64,000 nt of DNA from an uncultured Dehalococcoidia bacterium. GTDB taxonomy: Bacteria; Chloroflexota; Dehalococcoidia; Lucifugimonadales; UBA1127. Each line of letters opens with the position of its first letter. Position 1 is the first letter of the stretch. The notes below the pieces were generated by a model. It did not search any database. It worked only from the letters and a program-made list of their open reading frames with translations, and had not been told where the DNA came from. The translations under genes and the position numbers were made by a program. The DNA is taken from NCBI GenBank assembly GCA_913049785.1, contig CAJWXP010000002.1:24368-88367 (forward strand), in the 5' to 3' direction. Of the stretch, positions 36,076 to 44,259 are shown piece after piece.

Positions 36076-36819
36076 ATGAGGTCTATCTACATGAATCGTT
36101 TGCCCAAAGCGTTACACCCTGGTCGTTTCATGATTGGCGTTGCCCTGCTGGTTACCATGCTAGCTCTGGCTGCATGCTCCTCAGACGATCCACCTGTCCC
36201 GTTGGGCGCCAACGATGTGGAGTTCTCTGCAACAGACGGCACGGTGCTTCGGGGGAGGCACTACGGCAGTGGTGATCTGACGGTGGTTCTGGCGCACATG
36301 TTGCTGTCTGACCAGGAGAGTTGGAACGAGTTTGCAGGCACTTTGAACGTAAATGGGTACGCTGCTTTCAGCTTCAACTTTCGGGGTTTCAGACCGTCTG
36401 AGGGCGACAAAGACATTGAACTGATTGATAGAGATTTAGAGGGGGCTCTTGAGTATTTGGAGGGTCAGGGAGTAGAGAAGTTCGTCATTATCGGTGCCGA
36501 CATGGGTGGCACGGCAGCGATCAAGGTCTCTGCTCATAAGGAACTGTTGGGCCTCGTAGCAATCTCAGCGCCGCTGGAGATACAGGGCCTCTTTGCCGAA
36601 GAGGATGTAGCGCAGGTGACTGCCGCAAAACTCTTCTTGGTGGCAGAGGATGATGGAAGTGCTCAGCGTTCATCTGGGGCCCTGTTCGATGCCGCTAGTT
36701 CCCCCAGGCTGCTTGAGGTGTTCAATGGCAGCGAACATGGGACTGACCTCCTCTACGGACAGCATGCGGAGGGAATCCAGGATCGGATCTTTGAGTTTCT
36801 AGAGACCTTTACTCAATGA
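36076..36819 (+). CDS. Alpha/beta-hydrolase-fold lipoprotein
   Basis: A signal peptide with the lipobox LALAAC|S is present. The elbow reads IIGADMGG, with Asp at the nucleophile position. The stop overlaps the hisH start (ATGA). An alternative start lies at 36091. Confidence 0.7.
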   Translation: MRSIYMNRLPKALHPGRFMIGVALLVTMLALAACSSDDPPVPLGANDVEFSATDGTVLRGRHYGSGDLTVVLAHMLLSDQESWNEFAGTLNVNGYAAFSFNFRGFRPSEGDKDIELIDRDLEGALEYLEGQGVEKFVIIGADMGGTAAIKVSAHKELLGLVAISAPLEIQGLFAEEDVAQVTAAKLFLVAEDDGSAQRSSGALFDAASSPRLLEVFNGSEHGTDLLYGQHAEGIQDRIFEFLETFTQ

Positions 36820-37442
36820 GTGGCCCAAACATTGCCATCATTGACTACGGTGCTGGGAACCTGCGCAGTGTAACCAAGGCGTTGGAGTCGCTTGGTGCCA
36901 AACCCCTGGTGACCTCAGACCCCAAGGAGTTGGAAGCTGCGGATGCTCTGATCCTGCCGGGCCAGGGTGCGTGCGATTCTGCCATGGTGGCGCTGGAGGC
37001 CCATGAGCTTACCGGCTATGTGCAGAAGACAATCGCCAGTGGGAAGCCCTTTTTCGGCGTCTGCTTGGGACTTCAACTGCTCTTTGATTCCACAGAGGAA
37101 GGCAACGCTGATTGTCTGGGCATCATCCACGGACGTGTAAGGCGCTTCCCTGAAGGTCTCAAGGTACCTCACATGGGGTGGAACACGGTAGAGCTGCAGA
37201 ATCCGGAGCATCCGGTATTTGCTGAGATACCCCAGGGTAGCCACTTTTACTTTGTTCACAGCTTTTATGCAGACCCGGATTCCTCTGATGTTGTAGCTGC
37301 CACCACGGAATATGGTCTGAATTTCTGCAGTGCGATAGCGCAGGGAAACCTGGTTGCTACCCAGTTTCACCCGGAAAAAAGCGGCCCAACGGGGCTCCGG
37401 CTTTACGCGAACTTCTTGCGCATGGTGGGGTCTTTGGCGTAA
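36816..37442 (+). CDS. hisH: Imidazole glycerol phosphate synthase, glutaminase subunit
   Basis: The motifs IIDYGAGNLRSV, the catalytic Cys in GVCLGLQLL, and QFHPEKS are present. Confidence 0.95.
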   Translation: MSGPNIAIIDYGAGNLRSVTKALESLGAKPLVTSDPKELEAADALILPGQGACDSAMVALEAHELTGYVQKTIASGKPFFGVCLGLQLLFDSTEEGNADCLGIIHGRVRRFPEGLKVPHMGWNTVELQNPEHPVFAEIPQGSHFYFVHSFYADPDSSDVVAATTEYGLNFCSAIAQGNLVATQFHPEKSGPTGLRLYANFLRMVGSLA

Positions 37443-37484
37443 CCTCTGCTTCACGCGATAATAAGGCAATATTGGAGGTCGGTT

Positions 37485-37700
37485 ATGGGTAAGTTCAAAA
37501 AAGGCGATCAGATCCAGGTTCCCAGCACTATCCGAGGCATCCTTCCCGAGATCATTGGGAAAAAGGGTAGCATCATCACTGAAGTCCCTGAGCGCACGAT
37601 GCCCTCAACGTACGGCGAAGGCGATGCCGTCTATCTCATCCGATTTAACGATGTCAAGGACACCCAGTTTGTAGAAGAGCACAACCTGCAGTCTGCATAG
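37485..37700 (+). CDS. Small hypothetical protein (71 aa)
   Basis: A GGAGG SD is present. The gene lies between hisH and hisA on the same strand. No motif was recognised. Confidence 0.5.
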   Translation: MGKFKKGDQIQVPSTIRGILPEIIGKKGSIITEVPERTMPSTYGEGDAVYLIRFNDVKDTQFVEEHNLQSA

Positions 37701-37806
37701 GCTCTCTGGAAGAATAGGCGATCCACGGGCATCATCTTGTTGATGTCCGTGGTGCTTGTTTCCTCAATTTCACCGGAATGAAAGTGTGATATCTCATGGC
37801 CTCTGT

Positions 37807-38532
37807 ATGGAGGTAATTCCAGCAATAGACCTAAGGGGAGGCCGGTGCGTCCGGCTTTATCAAGGCGATTTTGATTGTGAAGAAGTCTTTGGCGATGACC
37901 CCGTGGCCATGGCATTGCGATGGCAGTCTGAAGGCGCTACCCGGCTTCATGTTGTGGATCTGGACGGGGCCGCTTCCGGTTCACCTGAGAACGTAGACGC
38001 TATTCGAGCTATTGCCGACAGCGTAGGAATATCCATGGAGGTGGGAGGCGGCATCAGGGACATGGACAAAGCCGTTCTCCTATCTGATGCCGGCGCTAAT
38101 AGGTTGGTGCTGGGCACCTCCGCCGTAGAGGACCCGGACCTGGTCACCCAGATGCTTGAACGCTTCGGCGCAGACTCTGTGGTCGTCTCCGTAGACGCTA
38201 AGGACGGATGGGCCGCTCTCAGAGGTTGGAAACAGCCGTCGCAGATGCGCGCGTTGGAACTCATGGAGCGTATGGTGGCATTGGGCATCAGTCGCCTGGA
38301 GTACACGGACATCAGCCGCGATGGCACCATGACAGAACCGAACTTTGAAGCCGTCACAGAGGCGCTGAACCACGTGAAGGTCCCTATCATCGCCGCGGGG
38401 GGTATTGCTTCCGCACGACACCTCGAGCGATTGGCTGACCTGGGCGTTGAAGGTGCCATCGTGGGTAAGGCTCTGTACACCGGAGCGATAAGCTTGCCGG
38501 AAGTCCTGGCAACCTTTGGGAGCACGTCCTAG
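37807..38532 (+). CDS. hisA: ProFAR isomerase
   Basis: The motifs MEVIPAIDLRGGRCVRL, VGGGIR and GAIVGKALY are present. The start was set at the ATG at 37807. Confidence 0.93.
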   Translation: MEVIPAIDLRGGRCVRLYQGDFDCEEVFGDDPVAMALRWQSEGATRLHVVDLDGAASGSPENVDAIRAIADSVGISMEVGGGIRDMDKAVLLSDAGANRLVLGTSAVEDPDLVTQMLERFGADSVVVSVDAKDGWAALRGWKQPSQMRALELMERMVALGISRLEYTDISRDGTMTEPNFEAVTEALNHVKVPIIAAGGIASARHLERLADLGVEGAIVGKALYTGAISLPEVLATFGSTS

Positions 38533-38652
38533 AACCACTGAGGCGAACTTCCTTGCACCACGGCCTTGGGGGAACAGGCTCCCTGGGGTATATACTAGAG
38601 ATTGGGCTCACGCCCTCCACTGAAATCAACCGTTTCCATCGAAAGGACACTC

Positions 38653-39213
38653 ATGAGCCAGAAGACTGACCAACAAGTACCATCCCAAATACTGGCTGAA
38701 TCCCTGGAGCCACTTCGCATCCTGGCGCAGCTTCCACTTCGTCCATACCAGACCCTTGGTGACTTCAAATGCGGGAATGGCGCATTGACCATCGCGCTGG
38801 CCAAGTACGTGTTTGATGGCAAGGTGTATGCCACAGACGAGTCTGCCAGTTTGCGCGAGGAGCTTGAGAAGAACCTTGCGGCCACCCATCTTTCCAATAC
38901 TATCGTGTATGACCAGAAGGAAGAGGACTCAACGGTAGACCCGGAATCGTTGGACGGCGCGCTGGTTGCTTTGGCCCTCTCAACTTCCAAGAACAGCAAA
39001 TCGGCATTTATGAAGCGAGTTGCTAAGTTTATGAAGCGGGGCGCCTGGGTGGCGATCGTCGAATGGACCAAGATCGAATCTCCCGATGGCCCCTCGATCG
39101 ACAAGCGCCTCGACGAAGCAGAGATAACCGAGATTGGTCAGCAGGCGGGATTCCGGTTTGCTGAAAAGCGGAACCTCTCAAGCGACTATCACCTGGTAAT
39201 CCTGCGTAAATAG
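38653..39213 (+). CDS. Class I SAM-dependent methyltransferase
   Basis: The motif I-like sequence GDFKCGNGALT and an acidic residue after beta-2 (YATDES) are present. The start was set at the ATG at 38653, after GAAAGGA. Confidence 0.7.
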   Translation: MSQKTDQQVPSQILAESLEPLRILAQLPLRPYQTLGDFKCGNGALTIALAKYVFDGKVYATDESASLREELEKNLAATHLSNTIVYDQKEEDSTVDPESLDGALVALALSTSKNSKSAFMKRVAKFMKRGAWVAIVEWTKIESPDGPSIDKRLDEAEITEIGQQAGFRFAEKRNLSSDYHLVILRK

Positions 39214-39268
39214 CTGGCGCGCCTGACGCTCCATCGCGTGGAAGCCCGACTGCCGAGTTGAACGGATA

Positions 39269-40087
39269 ATGCTGACCAAACGTATCATTCCCTGTTTAGA
39301 CGTGGATGCTGGCCGCGTGGTGAAAGGCGTTTCCTTTGTTGACCTGAAGGACGCCGGAGACCCGGCCGAGCTGGCATCCTTCTATGACCATGAGGGCGCA
39401 GACGAATTGGTGTTCCTGGACATCACTGCCAGTTCCGACAAACGCGGCATCATGGAAGAGGTCGTCAAAAAGGTCTCAGAAAACCTCTTCATCCCCCTGA
39501 CCGTCGGCGGCGGGCTCAGCTCCATCGATGATATCCACAGGATGCTGGACGCCGGGACAGACAAAGTCTCCTTGAACACCGCTGCCGTGCATGATTGGTC
39601 TCTGGTGGCGGCTGCTTCCAACCGCTTCGGCGCGCAGTGCATCGTGGTGGCTGTGGACGCCCGCAGTGTGCCAGAGAACGCGCCCATTGCCAACACCGGC
39701 GGCACCTTCACCCTTGACCCGGAATCGCGATGGGAGGTCTACACCCACGGGGGTCGTAAGGCCACGGGGATCGACGCCGTTAAGTGGTGCCGACACATGG
39801 CCGGCGTTGGAGCTGGTGAGATTCTCCTGACCAGCATGGACGCCGATGGGCACAAGTACGGATATGACCTTGAGTTGACGAGCGCAGTCTCTGAGGCGGT
39901 GTCCATCCCGGTCATTGCCAGCGGTGGCGCGGGTAGCCCTGAGCATCTACTGCACGTGCTAGAAGAGGGTAAGGCGGATGCGGCACTTGCTGCCAGTATC
40001 TTCCACTTCGGGACGTATAGCATCGCTGAAGTGAAGGATTATCTGGCTGATCACGGCGTGCCCATACGGCCTATTCAAGAGAGCTAG
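39269..40087 (+). CDS. hisF: Imidazole glycerol phosphate synthase, cyclase subunit
   Basis: The motifs [13 protein letters not shown] and ASGGAG are present. Confidence 0.95.
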   Translation: MLTKRIIPCLDVDAGRVVKGVSFVDLKDAGDPAELASFYDHEGADELVFLDITASSDKRGIMEEVVKKVSENLFIPLTVGGGLSSIDDIHRMLDAGTDKVSLNTAAVHDWSLVAAASNRFGAQCIVVAVDARSVPENAPIANTGGTFTLDPESRWEVYTHGGRKATGIDAVKWCRHMAGVGAGEILLTSMDADGHKYGYDLELTSAVSEAVSIPVIASGGAGSPEHLLHVLEEGKADAALAASIFHFGTYSIAEVKDYLADHGVPIRPIQES

Positions 40088-40100
40088 CGGGCATGTCGTT

Positions 40101-40250
40101 GCTGCGAGGGGACTAAAGGGCATATTGCCCCCGGTTTATCACCACAGGCCAGTCTCAGGCACAATTCGCTGCGGCGAGGAGACTAAAGCCCGTATTGCCT
40201 CCGGCGGAGACTGAAGGCCTTTGGCCCGCAGGCCAGTCTCAGACACACGC
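40101..40250 (+). repeat. Tandem imperfect direct repeat (two units of about 67 and 83 nt) containing GGRGACTRAAG motifs
   Basis: Unit 1 reads gctgcgaggggactaaagggcatattgcccccgg...caggccagtctcaggcaca. Unit 2 reads gctgcggcgaggagactaaagcccgtattgcctccgg...caggccagtctcagacaca. Confidence 0.75.
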
Positions 40251-40291
40251 GCTACAATAGACAGAGACCGCTAACCACACAAGGAGCCACT

Positions 40292-41023
40292 GTGCCTACC
40301 AAGATGGTCGTCTTTGACGTATTCGATACGCTTTTCGCCAACACCCACGACTACTGGCGTGAAAGCTTTATACGAGTGTGCGCCGATCAGAAGCTCCTGG
40401 TGGAGCCGTACATCCTGTGGGACGTTTGGCTTCCCAAAGAGCGAGAGTTCCGTGTACGCCGCCTCGACGTAGACACGATGACACCAAGCCCTTTTGAGAG
40501 CTACACCGATGTGTGGACGGACTGCTTCCGACGCGCCTTCGACGAGTTGGGGCTCCAGGGCGATGCTGACGCTGCCACGGAGCTATGCCTCGCCGACTTC
40601 GCCGACAGACCGCCGTTCCCGGAGACGCTGGAGGTCATCGCTCAACTTAAGGGGCAGTGGCGCATGGCCATTCTCTCGAACGCCGACGATTCGTTCCTGT
40701 ACCCACTGCTGGAAAAGCACGGCATTTCGGACGCTTTCGAGGCCATCGTGTCGTCGGAAGCGGCGGGGGGCTACAAGCCACACTCGTCGATCTTCGATGT
40801 GCTGTTCAAGCGGTTGGACCTGACGCCCGGTGAAACTCTTATGGTGGGTGACACGTTGCATGAAGATGTATGGGGTAGTCATCTGTCAGGAATGCCATCG
40901 GCATGGATCAACCGTCACGATGTGCCCATGAACGGTCGCGTGGCGCCTACCTACGAATTGCATAGCTTGAAAGACCTTGTTACGGTTCTCAATGAGGCGA
41001 ACGGCGCTTCCCAGGGAAAGTGA
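40292..41023 (+). CDS. HAD-superfamily hydrolase (dehalogenase-like subfamily)
   Basis: Motif I is VVFDVFDTLF, motif II is ILSNA, and motif IV is VGDTLHEDV. GTG start. Confidence 0.75.
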   Translation: MPTKMVVFDVFDTLFANTHDYWRESFIRVCADQKLLVEPYILWDVWLPKEREFRVRRLDVDTMTPSPFESYTDVWTDCFRRAFDELGLQGDADAATELCLADFADRPPFPETLEVIAQLKGQWRMAILSNADDSFLYPLLEKHGISDAFEAIVSSEAAGGYKPHSSIFDVLFKRLDLTPGETLMVGDTLHEDVWGSHLSGMPSAWINRHDVPMNGRVAPTYELHSLKDLVTVLNEANGASQGK

Positions 41024-41030
41024 GGGAGTC

Positions 41031-41669
41031 ATGACTCAAGAGCTGAAGCTCAACGAAAACGGACTGATACCGGCCATAGCGCAGCACCATGAGACGGGCC
41101 AGGTGTTGATGATGGCCTATGTCTCTCCAGACTCCTTGCGGCACACTATTGAGAGCAACGACGTCTGGTTCTACAGTCGGAGTCGGCAGGCGCTGTGGCA
41201 CAAGGGCGAAGAGTCCGGCAACTACCTTCACGTGAAGTCAGCATGGGTGGACTGTGATGGCGACACGCTGCTGTTTAAAGTTGATCCCGTAGGCCCCGCT
41301 TGCCACACGGGCGAGATGTCGTGCTTCTTCACGGAGCTTGAAGGGTCGCAGACCTATGCCGATGCAGATCCCGGAGTGGGTGTGCTGGAAGAGTTGTTCG
41401 CTGTCATCAAAGACCGACAGACGAACCCCACGGATGAGAGCTACACGGCAAAGCTGTTGGCGTCGGGCGTGGGCAAGGTGGCGCAGAAGGTGGTAGAGGA
41501 GGCGGGCGAGGTTGCTATCGCCGCCGCTCAGGGTAAGACGGATGAACTTCCCGGTGAGGTTGCTGACCTCCTGTATCACACCCTTACCCTTCTGGCTGCG
41601 ACAAACACATCGCCGAAAGAGGTCTGGGAAGTTCTGGCCAAGCGTCGGCAGGGTATCGGCCTCCACTGA
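41031..41669 (+). CDS. hisIE: Bifunctional phosphoribosyl-AMP cyclohydrolase / phosphoribosyl-ATP pyrophosphatase
   Basis: The HisI part reads GLIPAIAQ...WFYSRSR..LW.KGE.SG...DCDGD..L..V...GPACHTG. The HisE helical part reads YT.KLL....KV.QKV.EEA.E. Confidence 0.93.
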   Translation: MTQELKLNENGLIPAIAQHHETGQVLMMAYVSPDSLRHTIESNDVWFYSRSRQALWHKGEESGNYLHVKSAWVDCDGDTLLFKVDPVGPACHTGEMSCFFTELEGSQTYADADPGVGVLEELFAVIKDRQTNPTDESYTAKLLASGVGKVAQKVVEEAGEVAIAAAQGKTDELPGEVADLLYHTLTLLAATNTSPKEVWEVLAKRRQGIGLH

Positions 41670-41713
41670 CCAGGGCGAAGCCCTGGTCCCATATGACCTG
41701 GCGGTGACCCTTA
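41670..41713 (+). repeat. Family-A repeat copy carrying both tail variants
   Basis: The sequence reads ccagggcgaagccctgg tcccatatgacctggcggtgaccctt. Confidence 0.75.
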
Positions 41714-41803
41714 GGTTCTTTTGTTTCCGGATGGTCTACCCTCCTGAGCTCTCGATGGGTGAGCTACACAAAATCTAAGCAAAATGCTAATTCCGAAGGA
41801 CAA

Positions 41804-42724
41804 ATGACACCTCTAACCATGAAGTCCTATGTAGAGATAAGAGTCCCCGCCACTACGGCGAATCTGGGGCCTGGCTTCGATTGCCTCGGCATGGCCCTGG
41901 ACATCTGGAACACTGTGCGTCTGGAGACAGGCGGTACCGGCATCAATATCACCGGCGAGGGCGCGAACCTGCTGAGTCGCGGCGACGACAACCTGGTGTA
42001 TACATCCGCCGCTGCTCTATTCCAGGAGATCGGCGAAGCTATGCCGCCCCTGGTGTTCACCTGCGACAATGCAGTGCCTCTAGGGCGAGGCCTGGGTAGC
42101 AGCTCCACCGCCGTTGTGGGAGGCTTGGTGGCTGCTAATGCTCTACGCGGCGAACCGCTTAGCCAGGACGAACTTCTGACCCTTGCTGTACGCATTGAAG
42201 GCCACCCCGACAACGTCACACCAGCGCTTCTCGGAGGTTGCCAAATCGTGGTACAGGACGAATCGAAGCTGATCACTTCGACCATTCCCCTGGCGAAGGA
42301 GCTGTGGGCCATCCTGTACATCCCATCACAGCAGATGCCCACCCACCAGGCCAGAGGGTTGCTTGGACCGCAGGTCAGTCGCGCCGATGCCGTGTTCAAC
42401 ATGGGCCGGACTGCCTTGTTGGTGAACGCCCTGACATCGGGCGATCTAGCACTGCTGAAGACCGCAACCCAGGATCGACTCCATCAGCCAGCGCGGGGTG
42501 TGCTGTTCCCGGCGATGCGCCTCATCATCCGAGCGGCGCTCGAAGCTGGTGCGTCCGGGGCGTTCCTCTCCGGTGCAGGCTCCACCATTCTGGCGTTGAC
42601 CCCCGACCGCGAGATGACCGTTGGCTACGAGATGGCCGACATGGCAGACAAGGCTGGCGTCCCCGGCGATGTGAAGATCACCAAGGTCAGTCAGCAGGGT
42701 GCTCATGTCGTGAGTGTGGGGTAG
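41804..42724 (+). CDS. thrB: Homoserine kinase
   Basis: The motifs VPATTANLGPGFDCLG and the GHMP motif PLGRGLGSSS are present. The start was set at the ATG at 41804. Confidence 0.92.
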   Translation: MTPLTMKSYVEIRVPATTANLGPGFDCLGMALDIWNTVRLETGGTGINITGEGANLLSRGDDNLVYTSAAALFQEIGEAMPPLVFTCDNAVPLGRGLGSSSTAVVGGLVAANALRGEPLSQDELLTLAVRIEGHPDNVTPALLGGCQIVVQDESKLITSTIPLAKELWAILYIPSQQMPTHQARGLLGPQVSRADAVFNMGRTALLVNALTSGDLALLKTATQDRLHQPARGVLFPAMRLIIRAALEAGASGAFLSGAGSTILALTPDREMTVGYEMADMADKAGVPGDVKITKVSQQGAHVVSVG

Positions 42725-42762
42725 CATGTCACTCTGGGGTAGTTCAACGAGGAAGGTGCATC

Positions 42763-43440
42763 ATGAACGGTATCCATGACATGGGCGGCATGCACGGGTT
42801 CGGCAAGGTGCATCATGAGGATGATGAGCCTGTGTTCCATGAGACGTGGGAAGGTAGGGTCATGGGCATCCGGCGCTCGTTGGTAAAACACGATATTTAT
42901 AAACCGTATAATTTCCGCTTCTCCGTGGAGAGCCTGAGCCCGCCGGAGTACTTGAGTGCAAGCTATTATGAACGCCACTTAAAGGCGACAGAGAACGCTG
43001 CGATAACCAAGGGGCTCATCACCAGAGAAGAGATGGACGAGAGGATGGAGTACTTCCGCCGAAACCCGGATGCCCTTCCAGCCCGTCGAGAAGACCCGAA
43101 GGAATCAGAGCAGATCCAGCAGATCACGTTCATGTTGCAGCCACTTAATCGCGACACCGGCGGAAATCCCGCCTTTCATTTCGGCGATATGGTCCGTGCC
43201 AGGAACATCAACCCGCTAGGACACACCAGGTTGCCTCGCTACATCAGAGGAAAGACAGGCACGGTGGTCAAGTACTACGGCAACCATGATTTCCCAGATA
43301 TAGACATGGATGGGAAGACGAGCCCACCGCAGCCCATCTACAGCGTACAGTTTGACGCAGCGGAACTCTGGGGTACCTCTGCGGAGGAGAACCAACTCCT
43401 CTTCATCGATATGTGGGAAGGGTACATAGAACCGGCATAG
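42763..43440 (+). CDS. nthB: Nitrile hydratase beta subunit
   Basis: The N-terminus reads MNGIHDMGGMHGFG.V....EPVFHE.WE.RV and the C-terminus has a HTRLPRY.RGK.G SH3-like end. The listed ORF (42238..) is an upstream run-on through thrB in another frame. Confidence 0.9.
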   Translation: MNGIHDMGGMHGFGKVHHEDDEPVFHETWEGRVMGIRRSLVKHDIYKPYNFRFSVESLSPPEYLSASYYERHLKATENAAITKGLITREEMDERMEYFRRNPDALPARREDPKESEQIQQITFMLQPLNRDTGGNPAFHFGDMVRARNINPLGHTRLPRYIRGKTGTVVKYYGNHDFPDIDMDGKTSPPQPIYSVQFDAAELWGTSAEENQLLFIDMWEGYIEPA

Positions 43441-43461
43441 GCGGCGCCAAGCACAGGGAGG

Positions 43462-44082
43462 ATGGACATGAGCACTGAAGAGCATCACCACCACGACGAG
43501 TCCTACGCGGAGCTACGCACCAAAGCCCTGGAATCGTTGCTTGTTGAAAAGGGGCTAATCGCCACCAACGCCATAGACGATGTGGTGAGGACGTATGAGC
43601 AGGACATCGGGCCGATGAACGGCGCAAAGGTCGTTGCCAAGGCCTGGACGGACCAGGAGTACAAGAAGCGGCTGCTTGAAGAGGGAACCAGCGCCATCGC
43701 CGAGGTGGGGTTCACAGGCGCTCAAGGGGCTCAGATCGTGGTGCTGGAGAACACGGATGACATCCACAACATGGTCGTCTGCACGCTGTGTTCCTGCTAC
43801 CCGTGGCCGGTACTGGGCCTTCCCCCCAGCTGGTACAAGTCAGAGGCCTATCGTTCTAGAGCCGTTGTCGAACCGCGCGCCGTGCTTCAGGATTTTGGGC
43901 TTGAGCTTGACCCGGCGATCAACGTGCGGGTCTGGGACAGCAACTCTGAAATTCGGTACATGGTGCTGCCACAAAGGCCTGCGGGCACCGATGGAATGAC
44001 CGAGGAAGAGCTCATACCCCTGGTAAACAGGGACTCCATGATAGGTGTCGCGGTGGTTGAGCCGCCAACCCAAAAGAGTTAG
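43462..44082 (+). CDS. nthA: Nitrile hydratase alpha subunit, cobalt type
   Basis: The metal site reads [26 protein letters not shown] indicates the Co-type. An AGGGAGG SD is present. Confidence 0.92.
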   Translation: MDMSTEEHHHHDESYAELRTKALESLLVEKGLIATNAIDDVVRTYEQDIGPMNGAKVVAKAWTDQEYKKRLLEEGTSAIAEVGFTGAQGAQIVVLENTDDIHNMVVCTLCSCYPWPVLGLPPSWYKSEAYRSRAVVEPRAVLQDFGLELDPAINVRVWDSNSEIRYMVLPQRPAGTDGMTEEELIPLVNRDSMIGVAVVEPPTQKS

Positions 44083-44113
44083 CAGGATGTTCGTTTGGGA
44101 GCGTGGGCCAACG

Positions 44114-44212
44114 GTGTCATTCTGAGCGACGCGAAGAATCCGAAATCTCGTTTATCAACAGGAGCTGAGATTCTTCTATCCTCCTTCTTTGAAGGCCTCC
44201 TCAGAATGACAC
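44114..44212. repeat. About 100-bp inverted-repeat (MITE/REP-like) element
   Basis: The outer arms are gtgtcattctgag (44114-44126) and ctcagaatgacac (44200-44212). The inner arms are gaagaatc (44133-44140) and gattcttc (44169-44176). Confidence 0.7.
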
Positions 44213-44259
44213 GCCGTACTTGGTCTCAAGAGCATGATTCAACAGAAATATGAGGAACA

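Noticed and set aside
40101-40250. The repeated g(g/a)gact(a/g)aag motifs might form a CRISPR-like array.
   Set aside because: There are only two or three copies, with irregular spacing of roughly 70 and 27 nt. The units are direct imperfect duplications including the 'spacer' parts. No cas genes are in the window.
42238-42762. The listed ORF 42238-43440 has an N-terminal extension of about 175 aa.
   Set aside because: This part overlaps thrB in another frame and is Arg/Pro/Gly-rich nonsense. The nitrile hydratase beta subunit starts at the ATG at 42763 (MNGIHDMGGMHGFG).
44083-44259. The region upstream of lysC might hold a lysine riboswitch or another known riboswitch.
   Set aside because: The region is explained by the inverted-repeat element. 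I could not see the conserved L-box core sequences. This was not testable without a covariance search.
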